From NCBI GenBank assembly GCA_030654225.1, contig JAURXY010000015.1:397-64396 (forward strand): a DNA stretch of 64,000 nt, written 5' to 3'. Positions 37,639-47,783 of this stretch are shown piece by piece. Both the position numbers and the translations under genes were made by a program. Each line of letters opens with the position of its first letter. The stretch's first letter is position 1. The DNA comes from a bacterium (GTDB taxonomy: Bacteria > Patescibacteriota > Minisyncoccia > Moranbacterales > UBA2206). The notes under the pieces are model-generated. The model searched no databases. It had not been told where the DNA came from and saw nothing but the letters and a program-made list of their open reading frames with translations.

Positions 37639-38779
37639 AATATTGGAAAATTTAATTTATTTGGCAGTGTTTTTTATTCCGCTTTATTTAGTGAGGATAA
37701 GAATAGGAAATTTTCCGACAAATGCTCTGGAAATAATGATCTTGGGAATTTTTTTTCTGTGGATTTTCACTGATAAGGAAAAAATAAAAGTTAGAGAGTT
37801 TTTTATTAAATATAAAAGGTATGTTATTTTTGGTACAATGATGTTTCTGGGTATTTTACTTTCAACTTTTTTTAGTGGAAACCAATTGCAATCGTGGGGC
37901 ATAATAAAAAGTTGGTTTTTGGTGCCATTGATTTTGTTTTTTCTCACTTGGAATATAATAGAAAAAGAAAAAATAAATCAAATTTTTCTAGTTTATTCTT
38001 TTTCTGCGTTTTTTGTGGCGCTAATTTCTTGTGGATATTATATTGCCAATTTTCTTACTTATGATAATCGATTAGCTGGAATATTTAACTCTCCAAATTA
38101 TCTGGCAATGTATTTGGCGCCGGCAATTATTATCTTAATTTTTCAAAAAAATAAACTCAAAATTGGCTATTTTTTGTTTTCGATTCCAATATTAGTGGCA
38201 TTATTTTTTACTTATTCTTACTCAGCTTGGTTTTCAGTCGTTGCATCGCTCATAGTGTTAGTTTTAATAAAGAATAAAAATATTTTCAAAAAAATAGCGA
38301 TAATAATAATTATTATTCTGGCACTTTTTCTTTCGCAGTTAAATAGCAAAAAATTAACAGATCTATTGTCGGCCAATCCCCGCTCATCACTGGCTTCTCG
38401 CAGGATGATTTGGCAAGCTTCAGGAAAAATGATTGAAAATAATTTTATTTTCGGTATCGGGCCGGGGAATTTTCAGCGCACATACTTAGAATATCAAAAA
38501 TTTTATCCACCCTATTTGGAATGGGCGGTACCGCATCCAAATAACTCGTATTTAACTTGGTGGCTTTATGGCGGAATGTTAGGTGCAGTTGGTTTTTTGG
38601 GCGTAGTATTTTTATTCTTGCGAGATGTCTCTATAAGGTCAAAAAAAGAGCCTAGACAGGTTCTTTTTGTAGCTTTGGGGATAATGCTAGTGATTCTAAT
38701 TCATGGAATTTTTGACACAACTTATTTCAAAAATGATTTAGCAATTATCTTTTGGTTGAATTTTTTAGTGTTGAAATAA
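37625..38779 (+). CDS. Second O-antigen ligase / polymerase-like polytopic membrane protein.
   Basis: Same architecture (YSYSAWFSVVASLIVL). Confidence 0.55.
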   Translation: MKKNKILENLIYLAVFFIPLYLVRIRIGNFPTNALEIMILGIFFLWIFTDKEKIKVREFFIKYKRYVIFGTMMFLGILLSTFFSGNQLQSWGIIKSWFLVPLILFFLTWNIIEKEKINQIFLVYSFSAFFVALISCGYYIANFLTYDNRLAGIFNSPNYLAMYLAPAIIILIFQKNKLKIGYFLFSIPILVALFFTYSYSAWFSVVASLIVLVLIKNKNIFKKIAIIIIIILALFLSQLNSKKLTDLLSANPRSSLASRRMIWQASGKMIENNFIFGIGPGNFQRTYLEYQKFYPPYLEWAVPHPNNSYLTWWLYGGMLGAVGFLGVVFLFLRDVSIRSKKEPRQVLFVALGIMLVILIHGIFDTTYFKNDLAIIFWLNFLVLK

Positions 38780-38782
38780 GTT

Positions 38783-38936
38783 TGGGGCTTGTACATTTGT
38801 CTATATCGAACGCGCTTCGGCACGAAAGTTTTTTTGTGAAATAAAATCCCGACAGTAATGCGGGATAGGCTATAGTTAATATTTTTTGCAATGCCTACGT
38901 ATGCTCTCGATATATCCAAACGTACAAGCCCCCTTA
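38783..38936. repeat. About 150-bp element bounded by an 11-bp perfect inverted repeat (GGGGCTTGTAC...GTACAAGCCCC) with an inner TATATCGA/TCGATATA pair and an internal ATCCCG...CGGGAT hairpin.
   Basis: Read directly; it lies between convergent genes. Confidence 0.5.
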
Positions 38937-38939
38937 AAA

Positions 38940-40091
38940 TTAGAGGATTATTTTGTATAATTTCTTATCTATCTTATTCACGAAGAAAAGCAAACTTTCG
39001 TCGGTATTGAGAAAAAAATCAGAAGCATCGAAGGTGCCTGAGATGTCGCTAGTTTCTACTAAGCGACTTTTTTCTCCTGTGGCTGTATCAATTTTCCAAA
39101 AAGTATCAGCAGTGGTGAATTTTCCAGTCTTATAATCATTAGGTAAAATAGAATTATCTGGAATATTTCCTGGAAGAGCGCAGAAAACTGTTTTATTGTC
39201 TTTTGACCAAACACATTTAGAAACAAATGTGGGCAAACCAAGATTTTTGTATTCTCCTCCATTATAATTCATAACGCCGAGCTGTATTTTTGTGCCACCT
39301 TTAACGTCTGTTTGACTAACTAAAACATGACTGCCTGAATTGTCCCAGAGATAATCGGCGCCAAAACTATCCTTATAGAGACTTTTAGTATCTTCACCAA
39401 GCAACGATACTGTTTGGAAAGCAGTTGGATAGTAGGCGTCGCCATTATTCCAAAAAGAAATCAGACCGGAGCGAGGAATTTGGGCAAAGGATATTTTATT
39501 ATGAGTCAAATCAAGAATTTTTTTCCAATTTTTTCCATCTGCATCAGAAACATTCAGGGAGCTTTTTTTGTTGGCAGAATCAAGATATTTATAGATTATT
39601 TTTGAAGACACTGCTTGCCAGGAAATTTCAGTGATGCTTTTGTTGAGCATAGTCAGTTGATCATTTTTAACATCAAAAAGCAAAAAATAACTTTCTATGG
39701 AATCTTTGTTGGTTTTCAGGAGGATTTTGGATTTATCTGGAGACCAAAATCCACTTATTAGGCTGATAATTTTTTTTTCGGTTAATTTTTTTGAAACGCT
39801 CCCGACAAGATCAGTTTCCTTTAGTTCTCCAGAAGCTCCAAAATACCAAATCTTATCACCAGTATTGGAAAGAGTTGGTGAAATAACTGGCTCATCTGAA
39901 GCGAGGGATATTTTTGCACTGGAAACAGCGGTAATTTTTGACAAATCTGGCGAGGCGGAATTGTTCAGTGGGATGATTGTTTTTTTAGGCAGTTCAGTTT
40001 TCTTGAAAGACAATGTATAAATACCCCAAAAAAGCAGGGACAAAAAAAGGATAAAAAGCGAAAAGAAAAATATTTTTTTGAGGGTGGACAT
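38940..40091 (-). CDS. Secreted or membrane-anchored hypothetical protein.
   Basis: N-terminal TM/signal; no recognisable motif. Confidence 0.5.
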   Translation of the reverse strand: MSTLKKIFFFSLFILFLSLLFWGIYTLSFKKTELPKKTIIPLNNSASPDLSKITAVSSAKISLASDEPVISPTLSNTGDKIWYFGASGELKETDLVGSVSKKLTEKKIISLISGFWSPDKSKILLKTNKDSIESYFLLFDVKNDQLTMLNKSITEISWQAVSSKIIYKYLDSANKKSSLNVSDADGKNWKKILDLTHNKISFAQIPRSGLISFWNNGDAYYPTAFQTVSLLGEDTKSLYKDSFGADYLWDNSGSHVLVSQTDVKGGTKIQLGVMNYNGGEYKNLGLPTFVSKCVWSKDNKTVFCALPGNIPDNSILPNDYKTGKFTTADTFWKIDTATGEKSRLVETSDISGTFDASDFFLNTDESLLFFVNKIDKKLYKIIL

Positions 40092-40105
40092 TTTTTAATA
40101 AATAA

Positions 40106-40747
40106 TTATGGCAATTTCTTATAATCATTATCATCAAATTTATAATGAGTGGCACCAGCTTGGTCGCAATTTTTTTTACAGGCATTTTCATCAATAACAT
40201 TTGTAGAATTTCCCACGGATGTATATTTAGAAGAAACAACTTCGAAATTGGCACAAGAGCAAGGCATGAGATCAGAGGGCTTATTAGCGGAGCTTTGGGT
40301 GGAACACTCGAATTTGTTCCAAGCTTTTCTTTCTATATTTGTAGCTTTGGGATCGGTTATAGATTCCGGATCAGCTGAAAGAATCCACATGACACTATTT
40401 ACTATAAACCAAGCCATTAGTGTGATGGTAAAGCCCATAAGACTAGTGGTGAGAAAGGCTTTGGCGTTTTTCATCATTTCTTCTGAACCGGAAGAAATGA
40501 TATACATCACTCCCGCAATGAAAATTCCCACTGCTGCGACAGTGATAAGCAGTTTCAAACCAAAAGAAACGATATTTTGTATCCCAACGATTAGATGACA
40601 AAGAGTACAGGCGCCAGTTTGGTCACCGGCTAAATCTGCATCATCTACGCTTAGTCCGCAAGGCACAATTCCAGCACTGGCCGAAAAAATTGGCAAAAAA
40701 ATTCCCACGAATAACAAAAAAACAGCGATTTTTATTTTAGTTTGCAT
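40106..40747 (-). CDS. VirB2/TrbC-like pilin-type protein with a Cys-rich C-terminal extension.
   Basis: Signal peptide, then two hydrophobic helices separated by a short charged loop, the VirB2/TrbC topology. Confidence 0.5.
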   Translation of the reverse strand: MQTKIKIAVFLLFVGIFLPIFSASAGIVPCGLSVDDADLAGDQTGACTLCHLIVGIQNIVSFGLKLLITVAAVGIFIAGVMYIISSGSEEMMKNAKAFLTTSLMGFTITLMAWFIVNSVMWILSADPESITDPKATNIERKAWNKFECSTQSSANKPSDLMPCSCANFEVVSSKYTSVGNSTNVIDENACKKNCDQAGATHYKFDDNDYKKLP

Positions 40748-40768
40748 AATAAAATTTAAATTATTTTT

Positions 40769-41776
40769 TTATTGGCTTTTATATATGCCATTGCCTTTCC
40801 ATGCATAATGGATTGATTCATCTAACTCTCCAGGTTTGAAACAGCATTGAAAAGCTAGTGCATTGTTGCAGTCATTACTTTTGGCTAAAGATGGTAGTTT
40901 TCCTTCTGGTGTTTTTGATGTCCCGTAGCCACTATTATAGCCAGCAAAAATTTTTACAGGATCATTTTTATGATTAGATGTGTTATCTTTTATGTATTTA
41001 GCAGCTAATTCTATGGATAATCTATCATTAGATATTAAATCTTGACATGATCTTTTCGCGGTAGATGGTTTAATTTGCATTATTCCACAGGCCTTGTCGT
41101 CATTAGATAAAACCTTAGCTTTTGGATTTGTGCCACAAGATGATTCTAGCTCGGCTACGGTTCTTAATATTTCTTTTGAGATACCGCCAACATCATCAGG
41201 AATTAAACTTTTGCAAACAGAACTAGCGCTCGTTGCTGGTGATTTAGAGAAATCAATTGGAGTTTTTGAGGTTGGATCTGGACAAGCTTGATTATAACCA
41301 GCATATTTACTTGGTCCTGTGGTTTTATCATCAGTTCCGGTTATTGCAGATGATGGTGTGGATGTGATGCCTTGCAATGGTTTGAATTGTACCAGTTCTG
41401 GATTGATTGTGTAGAGTAAAACATAAGAAACTAGAGCTAGAATTAGTCCGGCGATGGCGTCGGTGATGATTCCTTTGGCTTTTCCGGTTTGGGAGTTGTT
41501 GCCGGCAGAAGTGAGATACATATATCCGCCAATCATAATCATAAACATTGCGGAAGTGCCAATCGCCCAAAGTCCGAATTTGTATATACTCATCAGATAG
41601 GCTGGAAAATCAGCCGGATCTTCAAATCCCGGAATTTTTTCCATTGGAACATATGTATCTGCAGCCAAGCAAAAAACAGGAATCAAATTAACCAGTAATA
41701 AAAGCAGAAAGATTATTTTTGTTTTTGTTATTTTCATTTTGTTTTTTAAAAAATGGGTGAATCTAATCTTCTTCAC
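40769..41776 (-). CDS. VirB2/TrbC-like pilin module fused to a VirB1-like lytic transglycosylase (SLT) domain.
   Basis: N-terminus: signal plus two-helix pilin topology. C-terminus: the SLT motifs ES (AELESSCG), GIMQI and AGYNSGYG. Confidence 0.6.
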   Translation of the reverse strand: MKKIRFTHFLKNKMKITKTKIIFLLLLLVNLIPVFCLAADTYVPMEKIPGFEDPADFPAYLMSIYKFGLWAIGTSAMFMIMIGGYMYLTSAGNNSQTGKAKGIITDAIAGLILALVSYVLLYTINPELVQFKPLQGITSTPSSAITGTDDKTTGPSKYAGYNQACPDPTSKTPIDFSKSPATSASSVCKSLIPDDVGGISKEILRTVAELESSCGTNPKAKVLSNDDKACGIMQIKPSTAKRSCQDLISNDRLSIELAAKYIKDNTSNHKNDPVKIFAGYNSGYGTSKTPEGKLPSLAKSNDCNNALAFQCCFKPGELDESIHYAWKGNGIYKSQ

Positions 41777-44636
41777 GATAATTAATTTGTGGAGTAAACG
41801 AGAAAACTATTTTAGTGACAAATAGGATTAGGGAAATTGTGAGAACTATTCGAAGGAGAAATGCAAGGTATGCAGGAGTGGAAGAATAGATAGTGGCGAA
41901 TATTTTTTTTGGTTTTATGCTACCTTCTTTTGTTTCGGGAGGATCTTGCATAGTGATGATGGCATCATCAGAAACTGCTTTTTCATAAAATTGGTTATAG
42001 GTGACGCCCCAAATAGCACTCAGCGCTTTTTTGACTAAATTATTTTGCGTGTAGAGTGTGCCAACTGATATGTTATAACTTTCGCCTTGTTTTTCCTTGG
42101 ACTTTAAAGTCAAGATGCCAGCATCGTCAATCTTGAATCCATACACATTGGCATTGGCAGAATTTATCGAATCACCATCAATTTCCCAGTTCAAATTTTC
42201 CGGCGAAACGGGAAATCCATTCGTGGTAGCTTGTAATTTTATTTTGGAATTAGTGTAGGCCCAAAAATTAAGGAGGCTGTAGTCAGGGAATGATTCGCCA
42301 TTAACATCAAAATATTGCCCCAAAACTGTTTGCTTGCAAACTGTTTCATCGGCTGAGCGGATGGTAATTTCTGGATCGACTACTTGAAAATTTCTGCTAA
42401 TATTTATTTTTTTACCAGCTTTATTAGTGGCAATTAGGTTCACGGCATATTGTTCGCCAACTTCTTTGAGAATTGGAAAATAGGCAACATTAATTTGTTT
42501 GTTTAAATTTTCGTCTTCTTCTCCTTCTGATTTACACCCTTCGAAAAAACAATACTGATAGGTAAAAGGCTTGCCATCGATTGTCCAGAGAAAGTCAGGA
42601 TCGGTTTTATCTTCAAAATGATCTTTTGGGACGGATATTGCGATAATTTGATTTTTGGTCACAGGGCAAAGAGCTTTTTCTATCGGATTTTGGTCATCAT
42701 TGCAAATTTCATCTCCTAGTCCAAGCTCAATCCCAGAGGGATTATCAGTAAGAGAGGCAGTAGAAGCTACAGCAGAAGCAATATACGCACCTATTTTTTC
42801 CGTAGTAGAACTAATGGGAATAATTATATCCTGAGTGCTTTTGCGAGGATAGTCTTCACCGGTGTTTTCCGTGACAGTAAGAACAACTTTGAGATATTTA
42901 TTGGAATAGGTAGTTGCATCTGTATCATGAAGGCCTAATTTGAATTTGAAAGTGTCAATTCCGAGACCAACAGATTGGGTTGATTCTAATAAATCAGCTT
43001 TCAAAAGAGGCTCTCCCCAGATATCAGAACTAATATCTAGAGCAGTATAAACCTTCCAATTATATTGTAGGTAGTTAGTGTCTTTGGCATTAGGAATGGA
43101 AGCATGAATAGAAAGTAAGTCACCATCCCCATCGATTCCAGTCGGATCATTTATAGGATTATTTGGAGAATAGGAGAGAGTAATGTCGAGTTTATTGCTT
43201 CCGGGGGTATTTTCTTGGGGGGAAACTAGTGAATCATATAGAAAATTATCTAAATCTCGTGGTGTCTTGACTTGGTCACCATCAATATCAATTTCAAAAT
43301 CATCAAAGGAAAAAATTTCTGGGGAATAGGTGATGACTGGATTGGGGGCTTCTTCAGTTTCAGCTACATCGGTGTCGCTTATCTCATTATCATCAGCATC
43401 TTTCACGACATTATGCATTGTGATAGTGGTTTTGATACTACCAACGCCATTGACAACATCACCATCTATTTCTTGAAGGGTTGTTTTGGTGAGAGTAGTA
43501 GTGTAAGTTCCATCATTAGTAGTAGAAATAATTTCATTACTTGTTTTTGGATATTCATCATCAGTAAAATCAGTGTCAAAATCACCTATTTTTTCATTCA
43601 TTGCCCATGTGGTTTTATAAGAAGAATCATCTGTTGCAGGTGGTTCAGTAGAAACTCCTTCTACAGCTACACCAACCTTGTCGCCTTTTTGGTAGCTCCA
43701 GGTGAAGCTAGTGACTCCTAAACCGACCACATTAGCTTCATCGGGATGACCTAAATTAGCTGTGTCGTTACTATTAGGATCAGTGTGCCAAAATTTTTCT
43801 TCATCTTTGCCGAAATCTTCATCGCCAGTTTCTTTTTCTAAATTGATTGTGTCTCCCTTATTATCAACAAAATTTTTATATTTAGCGATAGGGAATAAGT
43901 GGCTATTTTTTGTGTCAGTACAATCTAGCTCATATTCTTTGCCAGATTCTGTATTACGAATATAACAATGAGGAATTTTTCCTTTTTGGTCATCACCGCC
44001 AGAAGGGGCTTCATATCCGTCATTATCAAAAGATGATTTGTAAATATCATCAGAGCTTATCATAAATCCTCCCTTAGCGATAATCCTCGTGGCTTTTATC
44101 TTATAATCATCTATGTCAACTTCGCCATCTTTATTCAAATCGCATTTCTCAAAATCATCACTTGCTTTGTATTCTGCTGTGTATTTTTTTTTATCTAATT
44201 TTTCATCAAAACAATAGCTATTTTTTAGAAACCAAGTGTAGAATAGATCATTAGGATCATTCATGAAATATGTTGGTGAAGCAGTGACGGTTATTTTTTC
44301 TCCTTCATCTGGATTGGCAGGAACGAAAAAAAGCGAAACTTGGGGTCCAGTTTTTTTCTGATCTTCAAAGTTGATAATCTGAGCTTGCTCCCTAACCTTG
44401 TTTTTGTCCACACCCAAATCACTAAAAATAGAATCCATAAAGCTAGAGGGATTGCTGGATCCCATAACGCTTCCAACGGATGTGGCTTGAGCTATCCCAG
44501 CTTGAGAGAAAAGTAACAACCCAATAAGAAGAAAATTAATGGCTGGATTTATTTTTTTGAACTTTTTATTTTTCATTTTAGATGATAAATTATAAAACTG
44601 TCTAAAATTACGAGTGAGAACAAAGCAACAATCCAA
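41763..44636 (-). CDS. Large (957 aa) secreted surface protein with a C-terminal TM anchor.
   Basis: Signal peptide, Asp/Thr-rich extracellular repeats, C-terminal hydrophobic anchor. Confidence 0.55.
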   Translation of the reverse strand: MDCCFVLTRNFRQFYNLSSKMKNKKFKKINPAINFLLIGLLLFSQAGIAQATSVGSVMGSSNPSSFMDSIFSDLGVDKNKVREQAQIINFEDQKKTGPQVSLFFVPANPDEGEKITVTASPTYFMNDPNDLFYTWFLKNSYCFDEKLDKKKYTAEYKASDDFEKCDLNKDGEVDIDDYKIKATRIIAKGGFMISSDDIYKSSFDNDGYEAPSGGDDQKGKIPHCYIRNTESGKEYELDCTDTKNSHLFPIAKYKNFVDNKGDTINLEKETGDEDFGKDEEKFWHTDPNSNDTANLGHPDEANVVGLGVTSFTWSYQKGDKVGVAVEGVSTEPPATDDSSYKTTWAMNEKIGDFDTDFTDDEYPKTSNEIISTTNDGTYTTTLTKTTLQEIDGDVVNGVGSIKTTITMHNVVKDADDNEISDTDVAETEEAPNPVITYSPEIFSFDDFEIDIDGDQVKTPRDLDNFLYDSLVSPQENTPGSNKLDITLSYSPNNPINDPTGIDGDGDLLSIHASIPNAKDTNYLQYNWKVYTALDISSDIWGEPLLKADLLESTQSVGLGIDTFKFKLGLHDTDATTYSNKYLKVVLTVTENTGEDYPRKSTQDIIIPISSTTEKIGAYIASAVASTASLTDNPSGIELGLGDEICNDDQNPIEKALCPVTKNQIIAISVPKDHFEDKTDPDFLWTIDGKPFTYQYCFFEGCKSEGEEDENLNKQINVAYFPILKEVGEQYAVNLIATNKAGKKINISRNFQVVDPEITIRSADETVCKQTVLGQYFDVNGESFPDYSLLNFWAYTNSKIKLQATTNGFPVSPENLNWEIDGDSINSANANVYGFKIDDAGILTLKSKEKQGESYNISVGTLYTQNNLVKKALSAIWGVTYNQFYEKAVSDDAIITMQDPPETKEGSIKPKKIFATIYSSTPAYLAFLLRIVLTISLILFVTKIVFSFTPQINYREED

Positions 44637-45241
44637 GAATAGAATATGGAGCGACTCTTATATACTATTATACCAGAAAACAGAGAAATTACGAGAGTGG
44701 GTGTCATTTGCCAAAAAGAATTTCCGGTTGGGATAAGAATTAGTACAAAAAGAAAAAATTGCAAAAAAATTGAGAGTAGACCTATTTTTTTGGAAAAATA
44801 AAGCAAAATAAATCCACGCCAGAAAAACTCTTGGATAAAAACAAAAAGATTAGCAAGGATAAGTTCATAAAGCAGAAAAATCCAGAAATTATGCACAACA
44901 TAGGACGAAAGTAAATAGTTTTTTCGGAAATCTGTATAAGTATAGAGCATAAAAAAAGTCAAAAGGGTGGCCAAAAACAGCAATATTCCCCAGAAAATGC
45001 CAGCTTGTTTGTTGCCTAAGGTCAATCCAAAAGTGGAAATATTTTTTTTGAGAATAAATTTATAATAAAGAATTGGAACGATAATTAGAAAGAAAATATT
45101 TCGAGTGAGAAGTTGGGCGGAGTTTTGCACTGGGAAAAAAAGAGACAACAACAAACAAAAAACAATCACAAGAGAAGTTGTTGCGATTTCTTTATTTTCA
45201 ATTAGGCGAGTGGATAGTTTTTTTTTGTGATAATAGCGCAT
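44573..45241 (-). CDS. CPBP-family (CAAX-protease-like) intramembrane protein, tentative.
   Basis: Polytopic, with EFFWRG (the EExxxR-like motif 1) and a distal His. Confidence 0.35.
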   Translation of the reverse strand: MRYYHKKKLSTRLIENKEIATTSLVIVFCLLLSLFFPVQNSAQLLTRNIFFLIIVPILYYKFILKKNISTFGLTLGNKQAGIFWGILLFLATLLTFFMLYTYTDFRKNYLLSSYVVHNFWIFLLYELILANLFVFIQEFFWRGFILLYFSKKIGLLSIFLQFFLFVLILIPTGNSFWQMTPTLVISLFSGIIVYKSRSIFYSWIVALFSLVILDSFIIYHLK

Positions 45242-45244
45242 TGG

Positions 45245-45368
45245 TTTTTATGATTGTCATTCCTGCCCGCTTCGCCAAAGCTTCAGCGAGGCGAGCGAAA
45301 GCAGGAATCCAGTCTCAAAGTTTTAAGTTTATACACTAGATTCTCGTTTTCACGGGAATGACAGAGAT
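45245..45368. repeat. MITE-like palindromic element copy B (GTCATTCC...GCAGGAATC...ACACTAGATTCTCGTTTTCACGGGAATGACA). It is reverse-oriented and longer than copy A at 8077.
   Basis: Alignment by eye of the reverse complement against 8077-8160 shows shared termini and the CGTGAAAACG(G/A)G core. Confidence 0.55.
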
Positions 45369-45369
45369 T

Positions 45370-45870
45370 TTACGCATAGCCTTGCTCAATTTTTTGAGCG
45401 TTCTGTTTTCTTTTTTTCAAGACTGTGAGATATATCATTGTCACAAGACCCATAGTTGCTGGCAAAAAACTTATCCCAGGGAGAATTTCCACCGCTGTTC
45501 CTCCGAAAAGCATTAGTAATATATTTATCCCTCCACCTCCACCCATAGAAACTCCAATCATTACCATAAATCCAATAAAGATAAAAATCAAAATAGTCAT
45601 TATGATTACCAAGGCATAACCTACTCCTGTCGCTTGGAAAAGATCTAATATGTCCTTTAGTCCTGCAGCAATGAAAGCAATGGCAAAAACCGGATCGGAT
45701 TTTTTGATTTGAGAAAACCGAGAAGTTTTCTTGGCGGGTTTTTGAGGGGCATTATCAACAGGTGGAACAGTTTTTTTGGCTTGTTCTTTTTCCTCAACTT
45801 TTTTTTGCTGGTCTTTTTGTTTAGCATCCTCTAATTCTTGTTGTTTTTGTGGGTCGTAATTCATAATCAA
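45370..45870 (-). CDS. Membrane protein with a Gly-rich loop, hypothetical (inside the T4SS-like island).
   Basis: 166-aa ORF with a charged N-terminus followed by TM helices. Confidence 0.45.
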   Translation of the reverse strand: MIMNYDPQKQQELEDAKQKDQQKKVEEKEQAKKTVPPVDNAPQKPAKKTSRFSQIKKSDPVFAIAFIAAGLKDILDLFQATGVGYALVIIMTILIFIFIGFMVMIGVSMGGGGGINILLMLFGGTAVEILPGISFLPATMGLVTMIYLTVLKKRKQNAQKIEQGYA

Positions 45871-45955
45871 TATTCAATAAACAATGAGCAAAGATCAATA
45901 ATACGAATAATTATCTAGCTTATTTATTGTTCATTGTTCATTGATCCTTGTTTTT

Positions 45956-47779
45956 TTATTCTTCATTAAATTCTTTCTTGGCTCTTTCAATTTCCAGCAT
46001 TTGCGCTGGATCAGTGGTGATTATCTGGTCTTCCGAATAGGAGGCTACCACTTTAATTGCCACATGATTGGTGCCGGCGAAAAAAATTCCTTCTCCAACA
46101 TTAGATTCAAGAAGCAGAAATTTTTCTTGATCAGTAAGATAGAATGTTTCACTGATAACATCCACGGCTGCAGGCGATTGTTTCAAAAGCAGTTGAATGG
46201 AGGAATTGGTGACAATAGCTTTGCCATAGCGGGAGCTCAAAAAGTCGTTGACATCCTGAGTGACGGTGGTGAGTCCCGTATAATATTTTCGACAACGCTT
46301 AGCAATTCCAAAAAGAAAAGAAGCGGCGTCATCATATTTCATCATCACCCAAGCTTCATCAGCCAGAACTAATCTTTTTTTGAGGTTAGTGCGCATTTCA
46401 TTCCAAATAAATTGCATCACCATATACATAGCAATTGGCCTGAGTTCTTCTTCCATATCGCGAATGTTGAAAACCATCATTGGATTGTCTACCACAACAT
46501 TGGTAATGTTATTTAGAAAACCGGAAAAAATTCCTTCAGTATATTTTTCCATTCTAATGGCTAAATTTTCTCCACCATCCATACTGCGCAAAATTTGGTA
46601 TAGATCAGACATAGTTGGATAGGCTTCTTTGGTGAGAGAGTTGAAATTAGTTTCGGCGGAAATATCTCGAACAGCATATGTTTCCTTGATGGCTCGTCCA
46701 AGAATTGAATCTTCTTCTGGTGTGATGTTGCCGAGCATGATGTGGAGTAGTCCAAGAAGATTGGCAATGTTATTGCGCAATACATCTTCTGGATCTTCAT
46801 CTTCTTTGATGTGCGGAAGGTCGAAAGGATTGATGTGATTGTTAGAGTTAAGAGAGATTTTTATGAAAGTTCCGCCCACTGTGTCACAAAGATGTTTATA
46901 TTCATTTTCTGGATCAATAATAATCACATCAGTTCCCATCATAAGAGATCGAAGCACTTCCAGTTTTATAGTATAACTTTTTCCAGCGCCAGACTTGGCA
47001 AAAACAACCATATTGGCATTTTCCATTTTGAAACGATCAAAAATGATCAAGCTATTGTTATGGCGATTTATTCCATAAAGAATTCCTTCGTTGGAAGACA
47101 GTGTGGAAGAAACAAAAGGAAAAGTCGTAGAAAGCGGAGCGCTGTTCATACTAGATCCTATGTCCAGTTCATCATTGGCCAATGGCAATGTTGAATTGAA
47201 ACCTTGTTCAGATTTGAAGATAGCAGGTTTCACATAGACTAGTTGAGCTTCCAAAATAGCTTCAATTGAACGAGTGATATCAGAAAGTTCTTTTTCGTTT
47301 TCGCCGTAAGCGGTGATATAGAGTCCAAAGCGGAAAAATTTTTCTGTGCCTTGTTGCAGATTGCTTCGTAGTTCATCAATGTCTTGAATGGCAGTTTCAA
47401 GAGCGGGATCACGAATCATACCTTTTTCTTGTTCGATATGAATTTGTGATTCAACTCGGGTGGCATTTTTTTTGAGATCTTTCAAAATATCATAAGTTTC
47501 AATCGGGTGGACAAACATTGAGATATCGATTGGCAAATCGATATTAATAATTGGAGAAAACCAATTGCTATTGAGAAAGCGTGGATAAGCCACCACAAAA
47601 ATAGTTTGTGCCAATGTTTCTCCGACACGAATGAATTTTGGCATTATTTTTATCGCAGCGGGAGCCAGAAGGTCATTGAGACGCGAAACGCCTTCTTGAT
47701 AGTATTTTTCACCCTCAAGAATCTCGTTGGTTTTAACGGGCGGTTTGGGGTTGGTATTTTTTTTGAATAGGTGGAACAT
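45956..47779 (-). CDS. VirB4/TrbE-family type IV secretion ATPase (ATPase domain).
   Basis: Walker A FAKSGAGKSYT and Walker B LVLADEAWVMM, with overall VirB4 C-terminal layout. Confidence 0.8.
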   Translation of the reverse strand: MFHLFKKNTNPKPPVKTNEILEGEKYYQEGVSRLNDLLAPAAIKIMPKFIRVGETLAQTIFVVAYPRFLNSNWFSPIINIDLPIDISMFVHPIETYDILKDLKKNATRVESQIHIEQEKGMIRDPALETAIQDIDELRSNLQQGTEKFFRFGLYITAYGENEKELSDITRSIEAILEAQLVYVKPAIFKSEQGFNSTLPLANDELDIGSSMNSAPLSTTFPFVSSTLSSNEGILYGINRHNNSLIIFDRFKMENANMVVFAKSGAGKSYTIKLEVLRSLMMGTDVIIIDPENEYKHLCDTVGGTFIKISLNSNNHINPFDLPHIKEDEDPEDVLRNNIANLLGLLHIMLGNITPEEDSILGRAIKETYAVRDISAETNFNSLTKEAYPTMSDLYQILRSMDGGENLAIRMEKYTEGIFSGFLNNITNVVVDNPMMVFNIRDMEEELRPIAMYMVMQFIWNEMRTNLKKRLVLADEAWVMMKYDDAASFLFGIAKRCRKYYTGLTTVTQDVNDFLSSRYGKAIVTNSSIQLLLKQSPAAVDVISETFYLTDQEKFLLLESNVGEGIFFAGTNHVAIKVVASYSEDQIITTDPAQMLEIERAKKEFNEE

Positions 47780-47783
47780 AGAC

